Program-made: the position numbers and the translations under genes
Notes under the pieces: generated by a model
The model's database searches: none
What the model saw: only the letters and a program-made list of their open reading frames with translations
What the model was told of the DNA's origin: nothing
Part shown: positions 17,235-27,529 of the stretch, piece by piece
How positions within the stretch are numbered: the stretch's first letter is position 1
How the letters are laid out: each line of letters starts with the position of its first letter
From: a virus
DNA length: 64,000 nt
IMG/VR virus record: IMGVR_UViG_3300027763_000040
Location: 34,874 to 98,873 of that record
Direction: 5' to 3' (one strand)

Positions 17235-17430
17235 AGTCAGTGTTTTCAAATCTAAATGCGATTACTTCATCGGGAATAACATTCCCATGATTATCATAAA
17301 ATTCAGGATGCATTCTTGGCGTTTCCTGATAACTCAACATATACTCTCTAGCAACCCATCCCAAACCTATTCCCACTATAAGAAATAATACGGTTAAAAA
17401 TGAGCCAAATACTAAACTGATTGCTAACAT
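17203..17430 (-). CDS. Small membrane protein (one TM helix, acidic tail)
   Basis: Hydrophobic N-terminus; HPEF.D..G....DE...RF motif. Confidence 0.7.
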   Translation of the reverse strand: MLAISLVFGSFLTVLFLIVGIGLGWVAREYMLSYQETPRMHPEFYDNHGNVIPDEVIAFRFENTDYEYDDTEDDD

Positions 17431-17447
17431 TTTTTTTCTCCGGGAAA

Positions 17448-17627
17448 TTACTTCTTTTTTCTTGATTGAAAGTAAAATTCGAAATGAATGGTTGTTTCCC
17501 GATTAAGAAAGCAGACCATCTTTTCAAAAATAATATGGAACGGTTTGGTCTGCTTTTTGTTGCCTCCTTTAAGTATAACTTCGACTCCACGATTAATATC
17601 GGGGAATTCATTATTATTTATGCCCAT
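17448..17627 (-). CDS. Small hypothetical protein
   Basis: MGINNNEFPDINRGVEVIL...RE..I.FEF. Start placed just after the glutaredoxin stop codon. Confidence 0.6.
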   Translation of the reverse strand: MGINNNEFPDINRGVEVILKGGNKKQTKPFHIIFEKMVCFLNRETTIHFEFYFQSRKKK

Positions 17628-17628
17628 C

Positions 17629-17865
17629 TTAGACAATTTTTTGTTCCCTAAGGAAATTGATTGTATCAATACATCCGCCCAATTTTGTACCGTCACAAAC
17701 AACTTGTGGGAAAGTTGACCCTTCACCAAATTCTGAATAGAATTCATCTCTAGTAAAGTCGGAATCTAAAGTATAAACTGCAAAGTTACTTTTTGTCAAC
17801 TCCAAAACAGTTTTGACTTTATAGCAATAAGGACAATCATTTTTGCTGTAAACTGTAAAATTCAT
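17629..17865 (-). CDS. nrdC: Glutaredoxin
   Basis: CPYC, TFPQV and GG motifs. Confidence 0.93.
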   Translation of the reverse strand: MNFTVYSKNDCPYCYKVKTVLELTKSNFAVYTLDSDFTRDEFYSEFGEGSTFPQVVCDGTKLGGCIDTINFLREQKIV

Positions 17866-17899
17866 AATAGAAAAAAATTAATTTATTGTTAGTATATAT

Positions 17900-19996
17900 T
17901 TAAAATCCAAGATTCTTTCTACGAACAAATTTTAAATCATATGTCGTATGTGAAGCGGATAGTGTTTCATTATTAAATGGATATTCAAATGGATGAAAAT
18001 TCCAATCTGTTCCTTCTTGATTTCTCCAATAGTCTCCCCATTTTTCTCTCATATAATACCCATTACAGTCATGGGCATAATCTATTTTTTCCCTCAATTG
18101 AGGATCTGTTCTCCAAGTTTGAGACCCACTATTTTCATAATCTTTTTCGCCATGTAGATATTCTACCGACAGATTATGAATCTTAATATTTTTCTTCACG
18201 GTTCTCAAATAATAATCACAATCCTCCATATAAGCGGGATAAAAATTCTCATCAAATAATCCACACTCTTGAATAACTGAATCTTTAATTAAAAACAAAT
18301 CCCATTGATATTGCTTTCCTTTGATAATATCAACATTTTCATCCTTCGATTTCTCCACAAATTCTTTTAATAAATTTGGAGTAAATGCAATATCATGACT
18401 ACAGATAATCCAATATGGAGATTGCATGTATGATTTGATAATTAAATTATAAGCTCCAGAGCATCCAATATTTGATGGTAGATTGCAAATATGAATTTTT
18501 TGAATAAAGTTATGAGGGGTTTTAGAGAGTCTCTCCAAATCCTCATCAAGTTCACCCCTTCCGTTATTATTAATTACACATAATTCTTTAACAGGATAAT
18601 CAACACTATCAACTAATCTTTGCAACCAATTAAAACCATTAACAATTGGTACACCAATTACGGGGATTGGATTTGAAAACTCTGGTGGTAATTTTTTTTC
18701 AACTTCAACTCCAATACGATTTAAGTTTTCGTATACCGATTGTTGATATTGTGCGTTTAAATCATAATTATTATAGAGATCTAATAAAATTGATTTAGAT
18801 TCCTCATTTTTTCCCCACCACCAACCAGAGATTGCCTTTTCAAAAAGAAGTCCATATCTTCCAGGATATTCAACATCAGTTAAAAGTGGAGGATTGGATT
18901 CAAAATCTGCGTACATCAATGCATTATTAGCATGAATATAACAATCTTGCCACCATTGCCTTCTTTCAGCAAATCTACTTAAAAGAAAATATGCTTCTGG
19001 TCTTTTGGGTAATACACAGAGTGCTTGTTCAAGAAGAGATTTTGCACTTCCATCTCTAGTACCTTGCTTATCATAACAATATGATGCACGAATCAATGCC
19101 TCATAGGCAAGATTATCATCATCAGATCTCTCAGCGCATCTCAAAAAATAAGAAAGTGCTGGGGCCGTATGTCCCTGATTTTCATACCAAACAGCAATAT
19201 TAAAATTATGCATTGGATTCTCAGTATCCAAAGAATAATTGGTCAAAAGTTGTTCCAGTTCTGATTTTAAATGAATCTTCTTTATTTCCATTTTAGATTT
19301 CCAATAATTCAATACAATATTATGAGCAATTTTATGATTATTTTTTTGTCCAAAATTTACATCGTCATCCTGATCTTTTGAAAATGTTGAATCAAATTCA
19401 ATATTTTCTACAAATAATGGAACAGTATATGTTTTACCCGTCGTGAATAAAATATTTTCTATTAAAGGCATTATTTCACAATTTGGAATTTCCAAGTGAA
19501 AAGTATCACCGTTAATATAAGTATCTATAAGTTTTTTTGCATATCCCCTAGTAATAATATATGCAGTTGCTCCCCAATCATTCCAATATCTATCACGAAT
19601 AGAAAACGTATCAAAATCTTGCCTAATTGTTAATAACTGAATACAGTCATAATCCATGGGAAAAGTTTTTACAAATTCTTCCCAAGTAAAGTCCCAATAT
19701 TCAATAGTTTCTAACGAAAGATCATCCTCACAAAAAAATGCAAAATTTTCATTATAATTTTCATACCAATGCTTAATGGCTTTCAAGTGTGATACACAAC
19801 ATCCAGCAGTTCCAGCATTTAATTGATGTAAATATTTACCACTAACACTATCATTAGATTCAGAAAATCTTTTTGAAATTATGGGAGTTAAGGAAATATT
19901 ATATTTGGAGAATTGATCGTTCATATTTTTTTGACGATCTACACACTCCTCCAAAGACATGTAATATGCAGTTGGAAAATTTTCTAACTTATTCAT
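17900..19996 (-). CDS. Three-domain GT25-like + TPR-like + GT2-like glycosyltransferase
   Basis: N-terminal GC.VSHL.A...EDD and AY.I...YA (GT25). Central helical repeats (ALSYFLRCAE, P.RPEAYFLLS). C-terminal GT-A with GLFDENFYPAY.ED.DY. Confidence 0.75.
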   Translation of the reverse strand: MNKLENFPTAYYMSLEECVDRQKNMNDQFSKYNISLTPIISKRFSESNDSVSGKYLHQLNAGTAGCCVSHLKAIKHWYENYNENFAFFCEDDLSLETIEYWDFTWEEFVKTFPMDYDCIQLLTIRQDFDTFSIRDRYWNDWGATAYIITRGYAKKLIDTYINGDTFHLEIPNCEIMPLIENILFTTGKTYTVPLFVENIEFDSTFSKDQDDDVNFGQKNNHKIAHNIVLNYWKSKMEIKKIHLKSELEQLLTNYSLDTENPMHNFNIAVWYENQGHTAPALSYFLRCAERSDDDNLAYEALIRASYCYDKQGTRDGSAKSLLEQALCVLPKRPEAYFLLSRFAERRQWWQDCYIHANNALMYADFESNPPLLTDVEYPGRYGLLFEKAISGWWWGKNEESKSILLDLYNNYDLNAQYQQSVYENLNRIGVEVEKKLPPEFSNPIPVIGVPIVNGFNWLQRLVDSVDYPVKELCVINNNGRGELDEDLERLSKTPHNFIQKIHICNLPSNIGCSGAYNLIIKSYMQSPYWIICSHDIAFTPNLLKEFVEKSKDENVDIIKGKQYQWDLFLIKDSVIQECGLFDENFYPAYMEDCDYYLRTVKKNIKIHNLSVEYLHGEKDYENSGSQTWRTDPQLREKIDYAHDCNGYYMREKWGDYWRNQEGTDWNFHPFEYPFNNETLSASHTTYDLKFVRRKNLGF

Positions 19997-20825
19997 GTTC
20001 CTTTGCAATATAAAATTGAGGATGTACTTCCTCCACTTTCCACTCAGTCATTGGATTCGCATAAATGTAATTTTTTTCCATATTAGATATCCATTCATGA
20101 TTCATATTAATATGTGTTTGTGCCAAACAAAAATCAGTTTGCCATTCCAATTCTTGGTTTCCAAATCCATTATTTTTTAATACTTCTTTTATTTCATCTC
20201 TACGATGTCTTTCAGAATCTGATGCTTCAAAATTTTCTGTTCTTTTATTATCTGGATGAGGAATATGAATTATATTGTGGTCATAATCAATTCCACGATT
20301 TTTTAAACCACAATTTTCCAATCTAATCATAATATCTTGATCTTCAGAAGCATACCATTTGCGGAATTTTTCAGAAAAACCATTTACCTTCATAAAATTG
20401 TCTTTTGAAAGGTAAAGAAATCCAAACAAATACTTATAATAAGGATCGAATCCTCTATCAATAGTATTTTGTCCACAAACAAAAGATTGATCATCTATAA
20501 AATAGTTTTCATTTTCAAAAAAACTAAAGTATGGATTTAAGATATAGTCACAATCCATTTTAAGAATATACTTACTGGTCGCTAACACAGCAGCAAGATT
20601 TAATGGTTGTGGTTGATTAAAATACTTTTGATCGGGTACTGATACAATTTTAATCCTTTTATCCCATTTTGTCAAATATTCCAACGATTCATCTGAGCTC
20701 CAATCAACAATAATAATTTCAGAAATTTGGTCAAAATTTAACCAAGATCGAAGAGAAATATTTAATGCAGGATTTCTATTTTTACAGGCACAAATAGCGG
20801 TAATAGATTTTTCAAACATATTCAT
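19989..20825 (-). CDS. GT2/GT7-like glycosyltransferase
   Basis: IIVDWSS, DCD (DxD), VNGF.E....W..ED.D..RL and H..H motifs. Confidence 0.8.
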   Translation of the reverse strand: MNMFEKSITAICACKNRNPALNISLRSWLNFDQISEIIIVDWSSDESLEYLTKWDKRIKIVSVPDQKYFNQPQPLNLAAVLATSKYILKMDCDYILNPYFSFFENENYFIDDQSFVCGQNTIDRGFDPYYKYLFGFLYLSKDNFMKVNGFSEKFRKWYASEDQDIMIRLENCGLKNRGIDYDHNIIHIPHPDNKRTENFEASDSERHRRDEIKEVLKNNGFGNQELEWQTDFCLAQTHINMNHEWISNMEKNYIYANPMTEWKVEEVHPQFYIAKEHE

Positions 20826-20829
20826 ATAA

Positions 20830-22467
20830 TTAATTTTTTGTATATTGCCAAACACCAGAAGAATGTACGATCACGCTATCGCCAAAATATTCATGAACAG
20901 CTTTTGATACTCCAGGAAAATGATTATAGTCATCTCCACAAATAATTCCATTTTGTTTTAATTTTGGATACCATGCAGTAATATCAGCAAGAACATCAGA
21001 GTATTCATGTGAGGCGTCAACATAGATTATATCAATGCTACTATCATCAAATTCGTTGCAAGAATTTAAACTAGTACCCCTAATAGTTTGTACATATTGA
21101 GAGACTTTACAATAATCAAGATGCTTTTCATATTCTTGTAAAAAACTAGAATTATTTGCAGTCAATTGAGTTGAGATATCAATATGACATTGTTCAGTTT
21201 GACTGCCTTCAAAGGTATCAATTGCATAGAATTTCACATCCTTATTTGACTTTTTAATCAATTCAGCAATGTAACAAGTTGATCTTCCCATGAAACATCC
21301 AACCTCAACAACAGTTGATTCTGAAGGAATTTCCTTTATGTACTTTTTAAATACTTCGGTGTGTGCAAACCATCCCGGCACGTGCTCCCAACTTGGATTT
21401 TCTGGAGTATTTAAATTTCCATAATTGTAGTAAGTATTATCTATAGCATTGGTTGGAATTATTTTTACAAATTTGCTACTACTATTACCAAATATAAAAT
21501 CAGTAACAAACTGCTTTGAAACGCGAAGAAGGTATGCGGCGTTGTCTTGAAATCCAAAAGTGATCAAATAATCATTTTCATACTCACACATACCAACAGC
21601 AAATTCCACTTCTGCATTTAAAAATGCAAATTGATCAGAAACTTTTACAATATTCCAATCTTTATCCCAAACAACAAATCGATGACGATATGTACCATCT
21701 TTCCTATCCGCTGGACTACGGAAAAGATACGTTTCGTGATTAAGACAAACACGATACTCCCCCATAGGAATTACTTGAGATCCTCCACGAAGATCAATGC
21801 ATCCAAGATTTTTCCAATCTTTAACCAGAACTTGTTCTGTGGTATTTGTCTCTATATCATATTTTACAACTTCAGTTCCATTAGTCCATTTGACAAAGTG
21901 ATATGGCATATCAAGAATTGGCATCCAATTCTTTTCACAATATGATCCTTCATTCCCAACATGATTTGGAACTGGAATGCGATATTGGGCAATTTCCTTT
22001 ACTCCATCTTCAGTGATTTCAATTTCAGAGAGTTCCATTCTACCAATACCGGTAGTTTCAAGATCTCGTCTTACTCCACACATGTAGAGTTTTCCATCCC
22101 ATCGAACAATTCTTGCATCTTCAAGTCCAACAAATTCCCAAAGTTCTTTATCTGGAAACTTTGATGTATCGATATGATTGTATCGTTTAATTTGCATATT
22201 TTCATCAACTTCGCACATAATATTTTTTGTACGAAGACGCAAATCATTCTCGGGATGAATATAAACCAATGGTCCCCAATGATGCTCAAATTTTTTCTTT
22301 TCAGAATGATAAAGGGTATAATTTATATTTCTAAGATTCATAAGAATCTTTCCATTATCATTATAAATTGATGGGTTAGTTACCGCAGGCCCCATCAAAT
22401 ATGAAGATGGGACCAATAATGGATGAATACTTCCACCATTTTCTAATGCACGTTTTACAAAATTCAT
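20830..22467 (-). CDS. Five-bladed-propeller glycoside enzyme (GH130/GT91-like) fused to a class I SAM methyltransferase (Methyltransf_24-like)
   Basis: NPSI, GLEDARI, EKNWMP, RGGS and EFAVG in the N-terminal part. VEVGCFMGRS, IDTF, DASHEY..V..D, GDDY and GV..AV in the C-terminal part. Confidence 0.7.
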   Translation of the reverse strand: MNFVKRALENGGSIHPLLVPSSYLMGPAVTNPSIYNDNGKILMNLRNINYTLYHSEKKKFEHHWGPLVYIHPENDLRLRTKNIMCEVDENMQIKRYNHIDTSKFPDKELWEFVGLEDARIVRWDGKLYMCGVRRDLETTGIGRMELSEIEITEDGVKEIAQYRIPVPNHVGNEGSYCEKNWMPILDMPYHFVKWTNGTEVVKYDIETNTTEQVLVKDWKNLGCIDLRGGSQVIPMGEYRVCLNHETYLFRSPADRKDGTYRHRFVVWDKDWNIVKVSDQFAFLNAEVEFAVGMCEYENDYLITFGFQDNAAYLLRVSKQFVTDFIFGNSSSKFVKIIPTNAIDNTYYNYGNLNTPENPSWEHVPGWFAHTEVFKKYIKEIPSESTVVEVGCFMGRSTCYIAELIKKSNKDVKFYAIDTFEGSQTEQCHIDISTQLTANNSSFLQEYEKHLDYCKVSQYVQTIRGTSLNSCNEFDDSSIDIIYVDASHEYSDVLADITAWYPKLKQNGIICGDDYNHFPGVSKAVHEYFGDSVIVHSSGVWQYTKN

Positions 22468-22485
22468 AATAACTAAAAAAATTTA

Positions 22486-22701
22486 TTATTCGGTTACTTC
22501 TTCAGCAGTGGTTTCTACAACTTCAGGTTGTGGTTCTGGAACTGGTGTAGTAATAGTGATTTCGATCTGGTGATCCGCACCATGCTCTTCAATCAATGCT
22601 GCTACTTCCTCAACAGTATAACCAGTAGTATTTGCTGGATCCGCAGTCAAGTGATATACATGCATCAAAGGCATTGTAAGAGTTTCAGTTTTAGTATCCA
22701 T
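22486..22701 (-). CDS. Small acidic Thr/Glu-rich hypothetical protein
   Basis: 71-aa ORF with a GGAGG SD, tightly packed in the operon. Confidence 0.65.
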   Translation of the reverse strand: MDTKTETLTMPLMHVYHLTADPANTTGYTVEEVAALIEEHGADHQIEITITTPVPEPQPEVVETTAEEVTE

Positions 22702-24558
22702 TTAAAATTTCCTCCAAAGTTCTTTTGAAAATTTAACCCAGTCTTGGATTCTAGTATCCCAACTGTAGTAGTTATTTATTACTTGTACTTGAGCGGTGCT
22801 ATCAAACTGCCCATTTCGGTATTCCGTAATAGTTTGTTTGAGTTCTCCTGCAAAACGCTCAATGTGCTTTTGACGATCAGGAATATACCCATAAAGACGA
22901 GCAAATCCCATTCCAGTCTCAGGAAGTGCTGCAAGATTACTTGCAACAACAGAACATCCAGCAGCAAGTGCTTCAATCAAACAAATACAAGATGTCTCTT
23001 GGAAATATGATGGATATGCAAAGATATGAGTCTTCATGAGTTGCTCACGGATCTTAGAGTTATTCGTTCTTGTATGGCGAACAATTCTCTTATCAGCATT
23101 TGCAAGTGCTAAGCAATAGCGAAGAAACTGTTCTTCTTGCTCATTGACATGAGAGTATTCATAAGTTTGCAGGCCCTGAGCATATTGTTTTTTACGCTCA
23201 TCAGGATCAAGTTCATGAAAAATATGAAGTTCAAAGTCCTCTTCTGGAATTAGTTTAATACCTTCTAGAAGAAGATCCAATCCACGAATAGGATTAGGAT
23301 GGAACATCAATTGAAGTTTTCCTTCTGGTTTTTTATGTGATTCAAATGGATGAATAGCATTCTTAAGAACAAAACATTTTTCCATGGGAAGATTAAACTT
23401 CTCACCAAATCTTTCGTACTGCCAGTCAGAAACAAACACATATGCCTTGAAATGTTTCTGGAATTGTTTATCCATCAACTGTTCAAGACCAACCTCATTA
23501 TGATGAGGATGCAACCAAACAATGTTAGAATTATCTGGTGCAATAATATTATCTCCAGGAATCACACACCAGTGCCAATCAGCAAGATCTGGTGCGGCAG
23601 GAAGAACTAAATCTTGCCATGCTCTTCCCATAATCTCCGTACCACCAGTTCCATCAGGATTCAATGATGCCTCAAGAAGTGGTGGCATATTGTTGTGAAG
23701 AAACTCTGGTTTTGTTACAACTTCAGGTTCTGGCATTTTATAATATTCTTCTGCGAATGTTTTAATTATAGCACTTTTAAAGTCTTCTGGAAAGTTTGAA
23801 AAGTCATATTTGATGAATTGCTTATTCTCATGCTTACGATCTAAAAGATCAGTTCCAGTTTTAATTGCTTTAAGAATGTGCTGTTCGTTTTTAATTTCAT
23901 CTGTATTGAATTCCTGATGAGCATAAGATTCAATCTTTGTTTTGATTTGTTCAACACCACCAAAAAATGTAAGATGCCATCCAGACTTTTCTGCAAATGG
24001 GAATGAAAAACAATTTGCTCTTAAGTAGTTACATCCTTTTTCTAAGGCATTTCCAACTGTAGTGAATACAGTTCCCGCCCAAGTATCATTTTCATAAGTG
24101 TTAAAATTATAATAAAAGTTATCACATATTGCAGTTGCAAATGGTTCTTTAGAAATATTATCTTTCATATAAAGGATGAGTTCCTTTTTAGGAATCTCAT
24201 CGGCATCACTTAACATGAAAAGATCTTCAAAAGCAAACTGAAATAGACCTTTACTAATATGATCTCTCTGACCTTGTTCTAGTTTCCAAAATCCAGATTC
24301 AAAATCACATTCTTCTTTGTTACTAAAATCATATTCACTAATGTCTGGTTCATATTGCAATCTAATAATTTTATTACGAAGTTCTTCATCAAACTGATCA
24401 ATCACTTGATCCAAATAATATGGTTTTGGTTTTCCAGAATGCGTATAGTTACATTCTGAGATTACAAAATAATCTACCACATCACGAAGATATTCCAATC
24501 TTAACTTAAGAATATCAAACTCATTGAAAAATGAAAATCCATCAATAACTTTCATCAC
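22702..24558 (-). CDS. GT17-like + GT4-like (GT-B) double glycosyltransferase
   Basis: D.F.FFNE.DIL.LRL, E...THSG.PK, SDADEIP, GWH..FFG and K..SYAH.E (GT17). GGTE, RGLD.LL and YPSYFQETSCI..IEA.AAG (GT4). Confidence 0.8.
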   Translation of the reverse strand: MMKVIDGFSFFNEFDILKLRLEYLRDVVDYFVISECNYTHSGKPKPYYLDQVIDQFDEELRNKIIRLQYEPDISEYDFSNKEECDFESGFWKLEQGQRDHISKGLFQFAFEDLFMLSDADEIPKKELILYMKDNISKEPFATAICDNFYYNFNTYENDTWAGTVFTTVGNALEKGCNYLRANCFSFPFAEKSGWHLTFFGGVEQIKTKIESYAHQEFNTDEIKNEQHILKAIKTGTDLLDRKHENKQFIKYDFSNFPEDFKSAIIKTFAEEYYKMPEPEVVTKPEFLHNNMPPLLEASLNPDGTGGTEIMGRAWQDLVLPAAPDLADWHWCVIPGDNIIAPDNSNIVWLHPHHNEVGLEQLMDKQFQKHFKAYVFVSDWQYERFGEKFNLPMEKCFVLKNAIHPFESHKKPEGKLQLMFHPNPIRGLDLLLEGIKLIPEEDFELHIFHELDPDERKKQYAQGLQTYEYSHVNEQEEQFLRYCLALANADKRIVRHTRTNNSKIREQLMKTHIFAYPSYFQETSCICLIEALAAGCSVVASNLAALPETGMGFARLYGYIPDRQKHIERFAGELKQTITEYRNGQFDSTAQVQVINNYYSWDTRIQDWVKFSKELWRKF

Positions 24559-25397
24559 AACACCTCCTTAAGAAAGTTTTCCATAGGAGACTTTTTAAAT
24601 ACTTCTAGAGCATTTTCTGCACCATTATCCATTTGTACTGGATTTCTAAGAAGTTCGTATGCAGTGTTAACAAACTCATGATAAGGTGCTGTATAAGATG
24701 TTTGTTCCATATATGAAGGAAAATCAGTATCTGGATTTCTTTCACAAAGAACAGGAACATTATTTTGAATCAAATGACTTATACGAACCATTTCAAAGAT
24801 CTTATTGTCATTGTTATGTAGATTAATCACCAACTTTGCTCTCTTAATATAATCATCTCTTTCATCACCATAAATGCTATTAATAGAAACAAAATTAATA
24901 TTTGGATCCTTTTCAAAGACTTCCATTACAGCAAGTCTTCTAGGAGAAGGATTCATATAAGCAAGAATGTCAATATCCCTTTCTTCAGGTCTATTTCTTT
25001 CAAAATAACTAATCTCTGGAACGTAACCAATCTTACAGTGTTTGATGTTCTCAACTCCTGCCTTACGAAGAACTTCAACATTTCTCATTGAATAGTCCCA
25101 CACTTCAAGACCACGATACTTACGACACCAACGCATACATTCTGGGGCATCTTTCATTTGCTCCAAGGAATAAATGATCGTATCCTTTGGAATATCATGT
25201 CTCACAACATCCACAGGACAGTGATGCATCCCAAATACAATGTTTCGTGCATTAGTTTTAAACTCATTCACACTATTGGTAACTTCATATCCCATTCTTT
25301 GAAGAGTGAAGAACATCGCTGCTTCAATTTCATTAAAGACCTGAGAATGAACATAAAACCCATTATCGGGTACAATACGGCATAAATTAAATTTCAC
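24555..25397 (-). CDS. GT-B-like glycosyltransferase
   Basis: EQ, VWDYS..N, DIDIL, RAK.VINLH and FE.VRI motifs. GTG start after GGAGAG. Confidence 0.65.
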   Translation of the reverse strand: MKFNLCRIVPDNGFYVHSQVFNEIEAAMFFTLQRMGYEVTNSVNEFKTNARNIVFGMHHCPVDVVRHDIPKDTIIYSLEQMKDAPECMRWCRKYRGLEVWDYSMRNVEVLRKAGVENIKHCKIGYVPEISYFERNRPEERDIDILAYMNPSPRRLAVMEVFEKDPNINFVSINSIYGDERDDYIKRAKLVINLHNNDNKIFEMVRISHLIQNNVPVLCERNPDTDFPSYMEQTSYTAPYHEFVNTAYELLRNPVQMDNGAENALEVFKKSPMENFLKEVL

Positions 25398-26829
25398 GAA
25401 TAAACTCTCCAAAATTCTTTTTGATTTCGTTAATAAGATTTATATCTTTACTCACAACTCCCAATCCGTTGCAATGTCCAAAATTAGTTTTAGGAAGACT
25501 GATCTCTTTAAAGAATCTACTCACACCGAACTCTGGATTTTCAACCATGGTATCATGCATTAGTATTATACCACCTTCTTCCAAAAATGGCGACCACTTC
25601 TCAAAATCATTCTTGACTGCCTCATAGGTATGAAGACCATCAATATGAAGAATATCAATCTTCTTATCCCAGGTTTGAACCACATCATCAAAGAATCCCT
25701 TAATGAAAGTAATATTATTCAGTTCAAGTTCTTTCTGTTTATCGGTCACATATTTGTAAAGTTGCTCAGTATCTCTTTCTCCTGCATGGACATCACCTTC
25801 AAAACTATCAATACCATAAACATGCCCAATCTCAGGAATCGCAAAACAGAAAGTTGAGTATGCATAATCAACTCCCAGATCCACAATCGTTTCTGGTTTC
25901 TTATAGCGAACAATCCAATCAGCAAACCGACGATGATCTCTCCAGTTGAATAGATTCTTACTACCAACTTCCATCAGAATATCAAGTTTGTTTCTGGTGT
26001 ATTTTGTCTCATCAGTTTTAATATCTTCACGATACATCTCAGGTGGGAAGTATGTGAAGTATCTTTCTAGCCCCTGATTATCATATTGATGATGGCGACG
26101 ATAATGAAAACAATGTTGCTTTGGATTACCAGTTGCCATCCAAAGTTCAAAACAATAGCGATAGTTTTGAAGTTCTCGCATCATTGCTTCTACATCCATA
26201 TACTCTTCAATCTTAACTGGATGTTTCAGTTTGCGAATATAATCATTTCGTGCCCACCAGAAGTTTCCAGCATAGTGCTGAACCACAAAATCCAATTTAA
26301 TATCATGGCGTTCGACCCAATCAACACCACAACATTCATATCCTTCGTCCAGTTTAGCAATACAATCTTCCCACTTTTCAATATTATAATACTGCATATA
26401 GTGTCGCCAATCTTTAATGGCACCAGCAATATGAGTTGTATAAGAACTTATTCCTTTATTATGAAAATAGAAAACATATCCATCCTCATTTTGGCAGTGC
26501 TCATAAATCTTTGCAAGAGTTTGACCCTCATAAAGATTTGGTTGCTCTCCTAAAGGACGAGTATCAATGATATTCACAAATGGATAGCGATCTTTGATAT
26601 AACCGAATACCATCTCATCATATGAATGTCCTGTCTTGGAATTATGCAATCCAAGAGGAAGAGTCACACACATATTAATTCTTGCCTTATCAGCAAGTCC
26701 AGATGATTTTAACAGTCCCATCTGCTCATCAATCCACCAAACCCACATATTATTAGTATCGGGAATGAATAAATGATAGAAAACTGTAATGGTTTTTTCG
26801 ACTTTCTTTTCGTTTCTATACTGTAACAT
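25387..26829 (-). CDS. Putative glycosyltransferase-like domain (H.KG...HY.GNFWW) fused to a Methyltransf_24-like domain
   Basis: YFHNKG, DWRHYM, HYAGNFWW and RYCFELW in the N-terminal part. VDLGVD, IDSF.GD, HIDGLHTY.AV.ND and HD in the C-terminal part. Confidence 0.7.
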   Translation of the reverse strand: MLQYRNEKKVEKTITVFYHLFIPDTNNMWVWWIDEQMGLLKSSGLADKARINMCVTLPLGLHNSKTGHSYDEMVFGYIKDRYPFVNIIDTRPLGEQPNLYEGQTLAKIYEHCQNEDGYVFYFHNKGISSYTTHIAGAIKDWRHYMQYYNIEKWEDCIAKLDEGYECCGVDWVERHDIKLDFVVQHYAGNFWWARNDYIRKLKHPVKIEEYMDVEAMMRELQNYRYCFELWMATGNPKQHCFHYRRHHQYDNQGLERYFTYFPPEMYREDIKTDETKYTRNKLDILMEVGSKNLFNWRDHRRFADWIVRYKKPETIVDLGVDYAYSTFCFAIPEIGHVYGIDSFEGDVHAGERDTEQLYKYVTDKQKELELNNITFIKGFFDDVVQTWDKKIDILHIDGLHTYEAVKNDFEKWSPFLEEGGIILMHDTMVENPEFGVSRFFKEISLPKTNFGHCNGLGVVSKDINLINEIKKNFGEFIREI

Positions 26830-27529
26830 AACGCTCTCTTGGATAAGGTGCATAGTAATGATCAATCGCACTATAATGAATCGATCTTACCTTTGGACTA
26901 TTGGTTGCCATCCAGACTTCATAACAGAATCGATGGCCTTCAAACTTTTCTGTAAATTTTTCATCATAATATGAACTCCTGTCCAGAACATTCGGAAGAG
27001 TTTTAATATAATCAGTTGTTGCCCACCAGAAGTTTCCTGCAAAATGAGGATAAGGGTCACGAGTCCAGTTCGTAGAAACTGCATCAACCTGATCATCTTC
27101 TAGTTTTTTAATACAATCCTTCCACCTTTCAACACACCAATAGTTCATATAATGGCGCCAATCTCTTGTTGGGATTGTTTGATGTGAGTTTATGGCATGA
27201 AGCATTCCTTTAGAATGAATATAAAGAACATATCCATCATTTGCTTTTGAATATGTTTGAAGTTCTTTGAGTGTTTGTCCTTCAAATAAGTTCTCTTGTT
27301 CTCCTTTACCTTCAAGAATTCTAGAGGAAAGGATATTTACAAAAGGATATTTTTGTCTCACATAAATCTTGATTTCATTAATGGCATGATCTGGAGCAGC
27401 ATAGCACATATTTACAGTTGCCACATCTGCAAGTCCAGAGGACTTAATCAATCCAAGTTGTTCATCCAAAAACTTATTCCAGAGACTATTGATTGCTCCA
27501 AGATGATAAAAGACTGCAAGTTTTTTCAT
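26816..27529 (-). CDS. Stand-alone paralogue of the H.KG...HF.GNFWW domain
   Basis: EQ.GL.KSSGLAD, FEGQTL, YIHSKG, DWRHYM and HFAGNFWW are shared with the neighbouring gene. Confidence 0.7.
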   Translation of the reverse strand: MKKLAVFYHLGAINSLWNKFLDEQLGLIKSSGLADVATVNMCYAAPDHAINEIKIYVRQKYPFVNILSSRILEGKGEQENLFEGQTLKELQTYSKANDGYVLYIHSKGMLHAINSHQTIPTRDWRHYMNYWCVERWKDCIKKLEDDQVDAVSTNWTRDPYPHFAGNFWWATTDYIKTLPNVLDRSSYYDEKFTEKFEGHRFCYEVWMATNSPKVRSIHYSAIDHYYAPYPRERYVTV

